Position numbers and translations under genes: made by a program
IMG/VR virus record: IMGVR_UViG_2529293147_000015
Source: a virus
Taxonomy: Duplodnaviria; Heunggongvirae; Uroviricota; Caudoviricetes
Direction: 5' to 3' (one strand)
Length of the DNA: 49,846 nt
Notes under the pieces: generated by a model
Told to the model about the DNA's origin: nothing
Databases searched by the model: none
What the model saw: the letters and a program-made list of their open reading frames with translations, nothing else
Part shown: positions 49,140 to 49,846 of the stretch, piece by piece
Layout of the letters: the number at the start of each line of letters is the position of its first letter
Numbering within the stretch: position 1 is the first letter of the stretch

Positions 49140-49300
49140 ATTCAATACACTCTCGAAAGTGCATCAGCCAACCGCAGAACGTTATTGCATACAACGTTTC
49201 TGCGGCATATCACGAAACGATTACTTAATGACTGGGACTTCAGACCACTCAATATCCGGTACAATTATGTATCAACGCAGTTTAACAACACCCTATATTT
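49140..49300 (-). pseudogene. Degenerate 3' remnant of a second tfa gene beyond the int-proximal prophage end
   Basis: 49221..49300 is ~75% identical to window 1..85; minus-strand translation KYRVLLNCVDT* hits a premature stop. Confidence 0.5.
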
Positions 49301-49648
49301 AATCCAGAGTGCGAGCAACGTTGTCCCTTTCTCTTTTGCACTCTTAAAATATACGATTACTTAAGTGAAGATGCTTGACGAATCGCCAAATAAAACATCT
49401 TCATCAGCATAAAAATCCATATATGATTGAAAATTTAGTCATTAATACCATTCATATCTGAATACTAACCTAATACGCTTACTAACCGTGAGAAATCTTT
49501 TTTTTCGACTTAATCACTCGAAATAAACTTTCACTCAATTGAAAACAATTAGCTACAATTATCATTGCAATATCAAATCAAACATAACAACTTGCATAAA
49601 TTCTCATGGGATACAGCATCAGTTGTGCCAAACACATAAGGAATTGAA

Positions 49649-49846
49649 ATGGACGGAGAAAGCTTTAACTTTGATGACAATGATATTGAATTTATTGCTT
49701 CAATGTATGCATCATGTAAATTATCAGGAAGTATCGCCCCCATAATGCATATAATGGTTAGCATTCCAAAAAATAAGAAAAAACAATTCTACGAACGAGT
49801 TGAGCATTATTGTAGTTTATATTCCAATAAAAACCCACCTTCTTAA
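49649..49846 (+). CDS. Hypothetical protein in AT-rich flanking DNA
   Basis: 65-aa ORF in a ~30% GC region; no recognisable family. Confidence 0.25.
   Translation: MDGESFNFDDNDIEFIASMYASCKLSGSIAPIMHIMVSIPKNKKKQFYERVEHYCSLYSNKNPPS

Overview
The window is almost entirely one lambdoid prophage, read here in reverse orientation, running off the left edge inside the tail-fibre assembly gene and ending near 48.9-49.1 kb just past the integrase. The late region (minus strand, ~1-23.6 kb) is lambda-like in order and in the protein sequences I recognise from memory: Nu1-A-W-B-C-D-E-FI-FII-Z-U-V-G/T-H-M-L-K-I-J-lom-stf-tfa, with a cos site upstream of Nu1. The early region is Rac-like: int, xis, a large DnaQ-type exonuclease, a repressor followed by a ParE-type toxin-antitoxin pair between two operator-like repeat regions, then Cro-like, YdaT-like and a YdaU-like replication gene carrying iteron-like repeats. 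The Q-to-lysis interval resembles Stx-phage architecture (Q, orphan adenine methyltransferase, tRNA cluster, holins, GH108 endolysin) but a TerB-like gene sits where stx would be. A ~6.3 kb non-phage cargo block (MFS transporter, ChaC-like, LysR, DUF2254 membrane protein, BCCT transporter) lies between the replication genes and the nin/Q region. I could not pin down a single clearly novel system; the best candidates are the TerB-like pair at the stx position, the repeat-flanked DUF2254-BCCT unit, the repressor-linked TA module and the small-gene cluster between endolysin and cos. Signs of decay: J is broken by several frameshifts and a hok-family toxin gene carries a 1-nt insertion. All identifications are by eye from the sequence and remembered protein families; no searches were run.
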